From: Acidobacteria bacterium bin61
GTDB lineage: Bacteria > Acidobacteriota > Vicinamibacteria > Marinacidobacterales > SMYC01
Direction of reading: 5' to 3'
Assembly (NCBI GenBank): GCA_963578475.1
Contig: CAUZCL010000008.1
Coordinates: 56,997-120,996, forward strand
DNA length: 64,000 bases
The position numbers and the translations under genes were made by a program. The first letter of the stretch is position 1. The number at the start of each line of letters is the position of its first letter. Below are positions 27,543 to 36,310 of this stretch, piece after piece. Below the pieces are notes generated by a model. The model worked only from the letters and a program-made list of their open reading frames with translations, had not been told where the DNA came from and ran no database searches.

Positions 27543-29480
27543 TCACGGCACGGTCTTCTTTCTGCCGTACTGCCGGACGATGACGATAACCAGCAACACG
27601 AACCCTGCTGCGTTGGCCACGGACAACCCTACGCCCGCGAAGCTCACGTCACGGCCGGGGTAGAACAGAAGCGCTGCCGCGATGATGAGTACGGCGCGCA
27701 TGGCCGCTGAGAGCGCTCCGCCGAAATAGCCCGCGATAGCGGCGGCAAGGGGCACGATGCCTGTGATGGCGATCGCCGAAGCGAGAAAGGGACGTAAGAA
27801 GCCGACCTCTGATCCGTCCGCGCTCAACAATAAGAGCTCGGGGCGGAAGACGAACATGAAAGGGAGCGTGAACCCCACGAGGGCGAAGCGAAAAGCGGCG
27901 AGCGCGGCGCTCATGATGTGGCAATCCGCTATAGACGCCGCCGCATAGGCTGCGAGTGCGACCGGCGGAGTCACCATGGACATCATCCCGAAATAGAAGA
28001 TGAAAAAATGTGCGGCGAGTGGCACGACCCCGAGCTTTCCGATAATGGGCCCGATGAGGGTGGCCATCAAAAGATAGCAGACCGCCGACGGCAAGCCCAT
28101 GCCGAGGACGATCGATCCAACCATAATGAGAGTTAGCGCGAGGAGCAAATTATCGCCAGCAATCATCAGGATCGTCGACGGAAACTTGGTGCCGATTCCG
28201 GTCAGAGTGACGACGCCGAGAATGATGCCGACTGACGCCGCCGCGGCCACCAGTGGGACGCCGCCTCTCGCCGTTTTCGCGAATGCTTTTTCGACCGACC
28301 GCCAGCTGAGACGTGTTCGCTCGTTCAAAAAGCTGAGGACGATTACGAGCAGAAGCGCGACGCTGACCGATCGGAACACGGTATAGCCGGCTACGATAAA
28401 GCCCACGAGCGCAGACAGTGCCAGTGCAAAAAGAAACCCTTCATAGCGAAAGCTCGAGCTCTCGGGCACGGCACTGTCCTTCGGCTCGATGTCGCCGGCA
28501 CCGATGCGCTGCGAATAGAAGTGCACGATCAGAAAAAGCGCAAGGTAATAGATGAACGCGGGGATGAGCGCCGCACGGATGATCTGCAAATAAGTCACGG
28601 GCGGTGTCACGAGCTCGAGCATCATATAGGCGCCCGCACCCATGACGGGGGGCACGAGCGCGCCACCCGAGCTCGCCGCCGCGGTCACGCCGGCTGCGAG
28701 ATGCGGGCGAAAGCCGATGCTGCGCATGAGCGGGATCGTGAACGTTCCTGTTGTCGCTGTGTTCGCGACCGCGCTTCCTGAAAGCGAGCCCATGAGTCCG
28801 CTGCTCAAGACCGCAACTTTCGCCGCCCCCCCAGGGCTCTTTCGGAACAAGCGTTTCGCGAGATCCACGATGAAACCGGTCGCTCCGGTCGCTTCTAGAA
28901 AAGCCCCAAAGAGCACGAACAAGAAGACGTAGGAGAACATCACCTTGAGCGCGATGCCGAACACGCCTTGGCTGTGAAGAAAGGTCTGAGCGACGATGCG
29001 CTCGATCGAGTAGCCGCGATGGGGAAAGAGCCAAGTGGGAAACGAAGAGCCGCTGAGGGAGTAGATAAGAAAGATGGACGCGAGAACAGGAATCGCCCAT
29101 CCGAGGCAGCGCCGGGTCGCCTCCAGGACGATGAGAACACCGAGGCCTCCGACGAAGAAATCGAGCGCCGACTCGGCGCCCGCACGGTCGCCGAGCGACA
29201 AGCCTCCCGTCCAGATCAAGCGGAACGCCGGCTCCGTTTGCACCACGACGTAGAGACAGACGAACACGGCGGCGAGGCCCGAGACCAAGTCGACGAGCCA
29301 CGCCGCCTTATGCTCGAAGCCTATTGGAAACAAGAGAAAGCAAAGAGAAAGGCCGAAGAGCCCGAAAATAGCCAGCTGCGATTGCGGTGAGAGCTGGGCG
29401 TAGTTCACTTCCGCAAGAACGAAAAGGGACAGAGCGACCCCAAGCGCTCGAACAAGATGCCCGCGGATCGAGCTGGGCAT
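27543..29480 (-). CDS. TRAP transporter fused (4TM/12TM, DctQM-like) permease of the TAXI type
   Basis: ATG 29478-29480 lies 7 nt after the TAXI stop. 645-aa polytopic membrane protein directly downstream of a TAXI receptor gene. Confidence 0.8.
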   Translation of the reverse strand: MPSSIRGHLVRALGVALSLFVLAEVNYAQLSPQSQLAIFGLFGLSLCFLLFPIGFEHKAAWLVDLVSGLAAVFVCLYVVVQTEPAFRLIWTGGLSLGDRAGAESALDFFVGGLGVLIVLEATRRCLGWAIPVLASIFLIYSLSGSSFPTWLFPHRGYSIERIVAQTFLHSQGVFGIALKVMFSYVFLFVLFGAFLEATGATGFIVDLAKRLFRKSPGGAAKVAVLSSGLMGSLSGSAVANTATTGTFTIPLMRSIGFRPHLAAGVTAAASSGGALVPPVMGAGAYMMLELVTPPVTYLQIIRAALIPAFIYYLALFLIVHFYSQRIGAGDIEPKDSAVPESSSFRYEGFLFALALSALVGFIVAGYTVFRSVSVALLLVIVLSFLNERTRLSWRSVEKAFAKTARGGVPLVAAAASVGIILGVVTLTGIGTKFPSTILMIAGDNLLLALTLIMVGSIVLGMGLPSAVCYLLMATLIGPIIGKLGVVPLAAHFFIFYFGMMSMVTPPVALAAYAAASIADCHIMSAALAAFRFALVGFTLPFMFVFRPELLLLSADGSEVGFLRPFLASAIAITGIVPLAAAIAGYFGGALSAAMRAVLIIAAALLFYPGRDVSFAGVGLSVANAAGFVLLVIVIVRQYGRKKTVP

Positions 29481-29487
29481 AGACGAG

Positions 29488-30465
29488 CTAACTTTCGTCG
29501 TCCGTTTCGGGCCAAATCCCAATCTCGCGATAGAAGCGGATCGCGCCCGAATGGAACTCGACGCCCGTGTCCCGGACAACGTTTCCGGGGTTGATGAAAT
29601 TGCCGGCCGGATGTTTCTCGGTGACGCTCTCGCGGTTTTGGTAGATGGTTTTGGTGATCTGGTAGATCAGCTCTTCGTTCGCCTTTGCAGAGGCAATGAG
29701 ATGCATCGAGCCGACATCGAGGCCGTGATAGTCCTCGTCTTGGCCGCGATAGGTGCCCGCGGGGACGGTGTGTTCGTAGAAGAACGGAAAGTTGGCGACG
29801 AGCTCGGCGCGTGCCCCCATGTCGAAGGGCACGAGCAAGATGTCTTGTGACGTGGATGCCTGCACGATGGACGCGGTGGGAACAGCTCCGCCCAGAAACG
29901 CCGCCACCGCCGAACCGTCCGCCAAGTTGTCGACCGCGCCTGCTTGCGTGTTGTTGAGAGGCGTGAAGTCATCATAGGTCACCCCGTGCGCTTCGACGAT
30001 CGGCCGGACGAAGGATTTCCACCCGGCACCCGCGGGACCTACGACCGCGCGTTTGCCCCGGATATCCGCAATCGACGCGACGCCCGAGTCGCGGGGTGCT
30101 ACGAACATCGCGACATTCGGCGCGAGCGTCATTACGGAACGCAAACCGTAAGCCTTTTCCCAGAGGCCTTCGCCGCGCACGGCGAAATAGGTAATGGCCG
30201 CGTTCGATAGCGCGATGTCGAGCTCTCCCGATTCGAGACGGCGGATGTTCTCCTGCGAGCCCTTCGTCGCCTCGGAGGTGACCTCCCAACCCGGTCCGTA
30301 TTGGTTGAGCACTTCACCGAGTGCTCCTCCGACAACGAAGAAAGCACCTCCGGGAGGCGCCGTGCCGATGCTGACGAAACGCAGGCTCGAAGTCGAGTCT
30401 TCGCCTCCGCTACCGCAAGCGGTCAGCGCGACGAGTGCGAGTACCGAATAAACTATCTTGGACAT
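29488..30465 (-). CDS. TAXI-family TRAP transporter solute-binding lipoprotein
   Basis: ATG 30463-30465 gives MSKIVYSVLALVALTACGS. FVSIGTAPPGGAFFVVGGALGEVL is the typical TAXI N-terminal block. Confidence 0.8.
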   Translation of the reverse strand: MSKIVYSVLALVALTACGSGGEDSTSSLRFVSIGTAPPGGAFFVVGGALGEVLNQYGPGWEVTSEATKGSQENIRRLESGELDIALSNAAITYFAVRGEGLWEKAYGLRSVMTLAPNVAMFVAPRDSGVASIADIRGKRAVVGPAGAGWKSFVRPIVEAHGVTYDDFTPLNNTQAGAVDNLADGSAVAAFLGGAVPTASIVQASTSQDILLVPFDMGARAELVANFPFFYEHTVPAGTYRGQDEDYHGLDVGSMHLIASAKANEELIYQITKTIYQNRESVTEKHPAGNFINPGNVVRDTGVEFHSGAIRFYREIGIWPETDDES

Positions 30466-30534
30466 CGGCGGGGATGATAGTGGGGCACTACGGTCGAAGC
30501 AAGCCCTCATCGTCATCAATCAGGCGCGCCCAAC

Positions 30535-32673
30535 TCAGAGCCGGAAGTCCACGCCGAGATAAGCCGTAAAAGGCGGCGCTGGGATAACCGAGGTAGCGCC
30601 GAAGCCACGGAGAAAATACTCGCGATTCGTGAGATTCTTGAGGTTCAGCCGCAAGCGGGCCATCCCGAAATCGTAATAGGCCATCGCATCGAACGTCATC
30701 ACGCTGTCGATGGCGAACGCGTTGTCCTCGGCAATGAATTGATCGCTCACGAAGCGACCGCCGCCGCCGATTCCCCAATTTTCGGAGAGGTCTTTGCTCA
30801 ACCAGAAGTTCAAAATATGCTTCGGCGCGAATGCGGCGCGATTGCCGGTGCGGTCGACCACGAACAGGATCGGCGGGTTCACAGAGACGAGAAAAGACTC
30901 CGCGAAATTGGTGAGCTCGGAGTCGTTGAAGGCGTAGGAGAAAAAAGCGCGTGCGCCACGCAAAGGCTCGGCGGCGAAATCGACCTCGAAGCCGCGCGAG
31001 CGCTGATTTCCTATTTGCTGAGTGAAACCATTGTCGTCAGGAATGGCAATATTGTCGCGCTCGAGTTGATAGACGGCGAAAGTCGCTTCGGCGCCAATGC
31101 TCGAAAAGCCTTTCTTTACGCCCGCCTCATATTGCGTGCTGCGCTCCGGCATGAGCTCGCCAAAGGCGCGGGCTGACGGCGGCGAAAAGGATCGCGAGTA
31201 GTTGGCGTAGATGGAGAACTCTGGGTGCGGCGACGCGAGCAGGCCGACCATTGGTGAGAACTCGCTGTCATTGGTCTCGCGGCCGCTCGCTTGATCCTCG
31301 AAGTCGATTTTGTCGAGCCGGCCTCCAATGAGAACGTGGAACTTCTCGCCGAATTGGAGCTGGTCGATGACGTAAGGCGCCGCGACGAGACTGCGCGCAT
31401 CCCCTGCGAAGCCAGCGCCTGGAAGCGGAAATGGAGGGGAGTCGATGCCTTCGGTCGGGTCGAGCGGGTTAACGGGGGCGAGCAAGTTGACGTCGAGGGT
31501 GAACACGTCGGTGAGATGTGTGACCTCGAAGCCGGTCAGCAGGTTGTGCTGCAGCCCACCGGTGTCGAAAGAAAAGATCGCTTCTAGCTGATTCCCGGTG
31601 AGCGCCTGGCGATCGTCGAGCTCGAGGAAAGTCCGCACGAGGAGACCCACCCTGGGGTCGACCCCGTTGAAGAGTGTTCCATTGCTCACCCAGTCGAGAT
31701 CGCGCCGGTAGAACTTGTTGCGGATGGTTATCGAGGGCGAGAGAACTTTTTCGAAGTCCGCCTGAAAACGCAGAACGTCTTGCTCCGAGCTATCGAGCGG
31801 TGATTGGTAGTTCGTCTGGCGGTCGACGGAGGCGACGTTGTCGCCGAGTACGGGAATGCCGCTATCCGGCCTAAAGTCGGCGCTGAGATATTCGAAGTTT
31901 ACGTTTACCCGGCCCGTGTCATCGAACTGCCACGAAAAGGCGGGATTGATCGCCGTTGTGCGCCCCTCCTTACCATCCCGGTAGCTACCCTGGTCGCGAA
32001 AAAGCCCGTTCAAGCGGAAGGACTTCGAACCATCCACCGTACTCGCGTTCCAGTCGAAGGTTCCCTCATAGTTGTCGTGGGAGCCGAACGTGGCGCCGAA
32101 GTCGAGACCGTTTGTCGGCGTGGGCTGTTTGCGGACCAGATTGACCGCGCCCGCAAGCGGATTGCTCCCATAGAGGAAGCCGGCCGGCCCCTTGAGGACC
32201 TCTACACGCTCGACGTTATAGAGCTGATAGAAGGTTGCTTCCGGCTCTGCCGCCCCGTCGGTGAGCATGAGTCCGCTCGACAGTGAATCAAAGCCGCGGA
32301 TATAGAAAAAATCGTGCACGCCGCTCTGCGCCTGGATGTTGACGTTGCTCACGTTGACGAGCGACTCGCTCACCACGCGATCATATTGCTCCCGGAAGAG
32401 AGGCGCCGTCACGATCCCGATATTGTTGGGCGTCCACCGAAGCGCGAGCGGCAGTTTCGAAACGATTGTATTCGCTGTGGGTACGTAGGGAAAACTGCCC
32501 TCGACGAAAACATATTCCGTGACTGTGAGCCTGGGATCGGAACCCGACACGTTCTCAGGATCGTCCTGTCGTGGCTCTTCGTCTTGGGCCCCGAGAAAAG
32601 GAACTTGGACAACAAACGAAACGACGCTCCACGCCGCAAGGAATTTAAAGAGTGAACGCTGCTCGATACTCAT
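30535..32673 (-). CDS. TonB-dependent outer-membrane receptor (siderophore-receptor-like)
   Basis: AAGGAG sits before ATG 32671-32673. Signal sequence, then plug motifs (IVTAPLFREQ, NVERVEVLKGPAGFLYGSNPLAGAVNLV) and a long beta-barrel. Confidence 0.9.
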   Translation of the reverse strand: MSIEQRSLFKFLAAWSVVSFVVQVPFLGAQDEEPRQDDPENVSGSDPRLTVTEYVFVEGSFPYVPTANTIVSKLPLALRWTPNNIGIVTAPLFREQYDRVVSESLVNVSNVNIQAQSGVHDFFYIRGFDSLSSGLMLTDGAAEPEATFYQLYNVERVEVLKGPAGFLYGSNPLAGAVNLVRKQPTPTNGLDFGATFGSHDNYEGTFDWNASTVDGSKSFRLNGLFRDQGSYRDGKEGRTTAINPAFSWQFDDTGRVNVNFEYLSADFRPDSGIPVLGDNVASVDRQTNYQSPLDSSEQDVLRFQADFEKVLSPSITIRNKFYRRDLDWVSNGTLFNGVDPRVGLLVRTFLELDDRQALTGNQLEAIFSFDTGGLQHNLLTGFEVTHLTDVFTLDVNLLAPVNPLDPTEGIDSPPFPLPGAGFAGDARSLVAAPYVIDQLQFGEKFHVLIGGRLDKIDFEDQASGRETNDSEFSPMVGLLASPHPEFSIYANYSRSFSPPSARAFGELMPERSTQYEAGVKKGFSSIGAEATFAVYQLERDNIAIPDDNGFTQQIGNQRSRGFEVDFAAEPLRGARAFFSYAFNDSELTNFAESFLVSVNPPILFVVDRTGNRAAFAPKHILNFWLSKDLSENWGIGGGGRFVSDQFIAEDNAFAIDSVMTFDAMAYYDFGMARLRLNLKNLTNREYFLRGFGATSVIPAPPFTAYLGVDFRL

Positions 32674-32687
32674 GGAATCTCCTTGCC

Positions 32688-32716
32688 GGTGCGTCTCCCT
32701 CCAGAGAGAACGCACC
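32688..32716 (-). promoter_or_regulatory. 5'-UTR hairpin directly upstream of the TBDR ribosome-binding site
   Basis: Minus-strand RNA GGUGCGU-UCUCUC-UGGA-GGGAGA-ACGCACC (about 12 bp with one bulge), ending about 2 nt before the AAGGAG ribosome-binding site. A candidate -35 TTGCTC / 18 nt / -10 TAATAT lies just upstream. Confidence 0.35.
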
Positions 32717-32754
32717 ATATTAGAGGTTGGGGGTCTTGGGGAGCAAATGACCAG

Positions 32755-32775
32755 CATTCAACATTCAACATTCAG
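32755..32775. repeat. Three tandem heptamers CATTCAA CATTCAA CATTCAG upstream of the TBDR promoter
   Basis: Read directly. The last copy, CATTCAGGA, has an inverted partner TCCTGAATG at 32827-32835. Confidence 0.5.
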
Positions 32776-32839
32776 GAACTCTCGAGACTGCCGCAGCAAG
32801 GGCTCGTCGCGGCGGTCCTGAGAGCATCCTGAATGCTGA

Positions 32840-33460
32840 TTAGTGAATCCGAGGCTCTACGGGCAGGTTGGCGACTATCGCGGCTTCGGCCTCGGCTAGC
32901 TCGGTCACACGGCGCCCGACCGCGTCGTCATCGTCGTAGCGGCTAGCGAGGTCCACGAAGAGCTTGGAGTGACGGGATTCGGCGTTGGCGAGCTCGGTAT
33001 ATAAGCGGGAGAGCTCCGGGGATTCTAGATTCTGGGCCAGAAGCTCGAGGCGTTCGTGGGAGCGGGCTTCGATGAAGCCGAAGATCAGAAGGCGGTCCGT
33101 GAGGCGGCCCGCTCTCGGCCGTGCGAGGGCGATGAGCTGTTGGGCATAGGGGTCGCCGGGGTCACGGCCTAGGGACAGGCCGCGTGCGACGAGACGCTCG
33201 TAGACAGCGCGGAAGTGCTGAAGCTCTTCGATGGCTAGTGCGCTCATCTTACGCACTAGCTCATCATAGGAGGAATAGCCGGCGACGAGAGACATCGCCG
33301 AAGCAGCTGCTTTCTTCTCGCAATGCGCATGGTCGAGCAGCACCGCGTCCATGTCCGCGAGTGCTTTGGCGAGCCATTCAGGCGACGTCTTGGACAAGAG
33401 CACGTACCATTTTAAACAGCTGCTCGTATCAGTTATCATTTTTCTACAGGAGGTTTTCAT
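32840..33460 (-). CDS. miaE: tRNA-(ms2io6A37)-hydroxylase MiaE-family di-iron protein
   Basis: LLDHAHCEKKAAASAMSLV, IEELQHF and IEARSHERL (ExxH di-iron motifs), ESRHSKLF. Start is ATG 33458-33460 or ATG 33437-33439. Confidence 0.7.
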   Translation of the reverse strand: MKTSCRKMITDTSSCLKWYVLLSKTSPEWLAKALADMDAVLLDHAHCEKKAAASAMSLVAGYSSYDELVRKMSALAIEELQHFRAVYERLVARGLSLGRDPGDPYAQQLIALARPRAGRLTDRLLIFGFIEARSHERLELLAQNLESPELSRLYTELANAESRHSKLFVDLASRYDDDDAVGRRVTELAEAEAAIVANLPVEPRIH

Positions 33461-33962
33461 GACGCGATTTCTTGCTGCATTCGTGGTGATTGCTGCGACG
33501 GCGCAGCCCAGGTGCCGAGAGGCACCGCCAAGATCACGCTCAACGCGCACAGCGTGAGCATCGACTATGGGCGTCCCTCACTCAAAGGGCGAGACATGCT
33601 CGCGAAAGCGCCGGTCGGGACGGTTTGGCGTCTTGGCGCGGATCAGGCCACCACGATGACCCTCACGGGCGTTACTGTTTTCGGGAACATCGTGGTGCGC
33701 GAGGCTCCTTCAGTCTGTTCCTACAGAGAACCGAGGATAAGCAATGGATGCTTCTCCTCAACGGGCAAACGGGACAATGGGGAACGGAGCACGACGCGAG
33801 CAAGGACTTGATGGCGATCCCTTTGAAGTGGGAGACGCAGGAAGAGTCCACTGAAGAGCTCACCATGAGCTCACACCGCAGACGAAAGAAATCGGTCAGC
33901 TATCGATCCGTTGGGTGACCAACGTTCTAAAGCAGAACTTCCGCATCCCTCCGCTACCCTAA
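33459..33962 (+). pseudogene. DUF2911-family secreted protein with at least 3 frameshifts
   Basis: AGGAGG sits before ATG 33459, giving the signal MTRFLAAFVVIAATAQP. Frame of ORF 33512: AKITLNAHSVSIDYGRPSLKGRDMLAKAPVGTVWRLGADQATTMTL. Frame of ORF 33490: FSLFLQRTEDKQWMLLLNGQTGQWGTEHDASKD...EELTM. Another frame: ELTPQTKEIGQLSIRWVTNVL, stop 33960-33962. Confidence 0.7.
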
Positions 33963-34017
33963 TCCTAGCCAGGTAAACCTGAAAGCGTTCTAAATCCAAA
34001 CCTTAGAGCTGACTCTC

Positions 34018-34101
34018 ATCCCCACATCCCCTTGCCTTTAAAAACGCCGCTAAAAGCAAGGAGAGGTGGGGATAGGAGGGGATAGGAGGGGATGTGGGGA
34101 T
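34018..34101 (+). repeat. GGGGAT repeat array: 14-bp inverted repeat plus four phased G4 tracts (G-quadruplex motif)
   Basis: ATCCCCACATCCCC (34018-34031) is the exact reverse complement of GGGGATGTGGGGAT (34088-34101). GGGG-ATAGGA-GGGG-ATAGGA-GGGG-ATGT-GGGG spans 34068-34099. An inner hairpin CCTTGCCTTTA...TAAAAGCAAGG spans 34029-34061. Confidence 0.8.
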
Positions 34102-34205
34102 AAGAAAGAACTTGCTCCAGAACATGGAACAGAATCCTCGGTTCTGACGGTTAAGAGGTTAGTTAGTTAGTACTTTTCGGGGTGGGGGATACTGTAAGAT
34201 GTCGA

Positions 34206-34832
34206 ATGATGCCGCTCATTTCACTGGCTGACCAGGAAAAGCTCCGAACGGAGCTCGCGAACAAGCTTGCAAGCCCCGTTAGTGTCGAGCTCGAGCGGCA
34301 TGCGCGCGACAAGAACTGCAAGCCTTGCGAGCAAAGCGAGGAGCTGCTCCGGGAAATCACGGCGCTGTCGACAACGCTCACGCTTCACACCCGTCTCACC
34401 ACTTCGGAGCTCGCTCCGGCGATCCGCCTCGTCGGCAAGGCTCGGGGGCAGGTTCGGTTTCTGGGCGTTCCAGCGGGGTACGAACTTCCAAGTTTGATCG
34501 AAGCGCTCGTGGACGTTTCACGAGGGCAGACGGAATTGAGTGAAACGGCGCGCGGCCAGCTGAACGCCCTGTCGCACCACGTTCAAGTCCGCGTCTTCAC
34601 GACCCCGACGTGACCGTTCTGCCCCGGAGTGAGCCGGTTGGCTCACCAGGCGGCGGTCGAAAGCCGCCAAGTCGACGCTGAAGTCGTGGAGATTACCGAG
34701 TTCCCGGATATCGCCCGGCGCCACGCGGTCACCAGTGTTCCCAAATTGGTGATCAACGATTCCGTGGAGTTTCTGGGTTCATTGACCGAGGAGCGGTTCA
34801 TAACCGCCTTGACCCTGGTTCCGCGCCAATAA
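34206..34832 (+). CDS. Two-domain thioredoxin-fold (glutaredoxin-like / PDO-type) protein, candidate selenoprotein with U-P-F-C (TGA 34611-34613)
   Basis: ORFs 34182..34613 and 34629..34832 share one frame and are separated only by TGA. Joined: ...NCKPCEQSEELL...VQVRVFTTPT-U-PFCPGVSRLAHQAAVESRQVDAEVVEITEFPDIARRHAVTSVPKLVIND. Here TGA replaces the first Cys of T-P-T-C-P-x-C-P. Confidence 0.7.
34611..34668 (+). promoter_or_regulatory. SECIS-like hairpins downstream of UGA 34611
   Basis: GUGAGCC-GGUU-GGCUCAC (34629-34646), with the stem starting 15 nt after the UGA and the apical GGU 22 nt after it. Then GGCGGC-GGUCGAAA-GCCGCC (34649-34668). Confidence 0.55.
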
Positions 34833-34883
34833 TTCGAGGTATCATTGGGCAGACAGGGTTCTAGACACCGGAGAAAGATTGAT

Positions 34884-36299
34884 TTGGTTCGATTGCGCAC
34901 ATTTCTAGCCGGCCTCGCACTGCTCCTTGCACTCCCAGTTCTCGTTCCCGCCAACGATTTCGACAATCCTCTGGCGAAGCGACTCGATCAACTGCGCCGA
35001 GGCTTTCGTCTCCGGCGCGCCATTGGCGTCAAGGTCGTCGACCTGACGACGGGGGAGACGCTCTACGCTCACAACCCCACCAAACGCTTCATTCCCGCTT
35101 CTGGAATGAAGCTCGCCATCATGGGAGCGAGCCTTCACTATCTCGGGCCGAACTATCGCTTCGAAACGACGTTTCTCGTCGACGGACCCCTCGAGGATGG
35201 CATCGTCCATGGAAATCTATCTATCCGGGGAAGCGGCGACCCTTCGCTAACGCGGTACGAGATGGACTACCTCACCCGTCAGCTTGCCGCGGGCGGCCTC
35301 AAAGAAATCCGAGGGAACATCGTTCTCGACGACAGCTTCTTCGACGATCAAGTTCGAGGCCCGGCTTCCTACGGCGACATCTTGAAAAAAGGCCTTCCAA
35401 TCCAAAGCGCACTTTCTTACAATTTCAATCTCGTCGAGCTTCGTTTGACACCGAGCCATGCGGGCTCGCGCGCAGAGCTTCACGACGAAGGCTACGGCTA
35501 TTTCGAAGTCCTCAACCGCGTCACCACCGCGGCGCGCGGCCGCCCATGGACGCGGGTGCAGAAGCTTCGCGGCGATCGCGTGATCGTCCGCGGCCGTGTG
35601 ATCCAGGGCAACGAAGAAGAGAGCATCGGAAGCTTTATCGCACCGGACCCGACGCAGTATTTCGCCTCCGCGTTCGTTGGCAAACTCCGAGAGCAAGGTA
35701 TCCGCGTTCCCGGCCAAATCATCAAGGGCCGAGTCGAGCTGAAGGACGTGAAGCCTCTCTACATTCACCGTTCGGCGCGCCTCGTCGAAGTGCTGGCAGC
35801 CCTTGGCAAACACAGCAATAACTTCTCGGCCGAGCAAATGTTGAAAGCGCTCGGCGCCCATCGCTGGGGGGTTCCGGGGAGCTTTGACGCGGGCGGGCGC
35901 GCAGTCGGCGAGTATCTCGTAGGTCTAGGCTTTAGACAGAAAGACTTTCGCATCGATGACGGCTCGGGCCTTTCCTTCGAGAACAAGGTTACCGCGAGCA
36001 TCCTCGTACGGGTGCTGCAAGAGCTCTACAAGGCGCCCGAGATGCGAAGCGACTTCATCTGCACTCTCGCTCTCGGCGGGGTCGACGGCACGCTCCGGAA
36101 GCGCTTCTTGAACGAGAAACACATGGGCCGTATTATGGCCAAGACTGGGAGCTTGGCCAATGTCAGCTCGCTCTCCGGCTTCGCGTTCTCCGAAAGCCGC
36201 GAGCCGCTCGTGTTCTCCGTTATCACAAACGGGATCGGAAGGCAGTATCGGGCGGACTACGTCGAAGACGAGATGGCACGGGCGCTCCTGGAATATTGA
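34884..36299 (+). CDS. dacB: D-alanyl-D-alanine carboxypeptidase/endopeptidase (PBP4, peptidase S13)
   Basis: ORF 34845..36299. Preferred start is TTG 34884 (GGAGAAAG 10 nt upstream), giving the signal VRLRTFLAGLALLLALPVLVPA. Motifs: PASGMKL (SxxK), HSNNF (SxN), KTGSL (KTG). Confidence 0.85.
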   Translation: MVRLRTFLAGLALLLALPVLVPANDFDNPLAKRLDQLRRGFRLRRAIGVKVVDLTTGETLYAHNPTKRFIPASGMKLAIMGASLHYLGPNYRFETTFLVDGPLEDGIVHGNLSIRGSGDPSLTRYEMDYLTRQLAAGGLKEIRGNIVLDDSFFDDQVRGPASYGDILKKGLPIQSALSYNFNLVELRLTPSHAGSRAELHDEGYGYFEVLNRVTTAARGRPWTRVQKLRGDRVIVRGRVIQGNEEESIGSFIAPDPTQYFASAFVGKLREQGIRVPGQIIKGRVELKDVKPLYIHRSARLVEVLAALGKHSNNFSAEQMLKALGAHRWGVPGSFDAGGRAVGEYLVGLGFRQKDFRIDDGSGLSFENKVTASILVRVLQELYKAPEMRSDFICTLALGGVDGTLRKRFLNEKHMGRIMAKTGSLANVSSLSGFAFSESREPLVFSVITNGIGRQYRADYVEDEMARALLEY

Positions 36300-36310
36300 G
36301 CGAGCGCGAC

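Noticed and set aside
34068-34099. The short tandem repeats as a CRISPR or minisatellite
   Set aside because: There are only 2-4 copies of a 10-bp unit with no spacers and no cas genes. I treat it instead as a structured or operator-like element.
34884-34900. GGTTCGATTGC resembling a tRNA T-arm
   Set aside because: No acceptor, D or anticodon stems can be built around it. It lies in the signal-peptide coding start of dacB.
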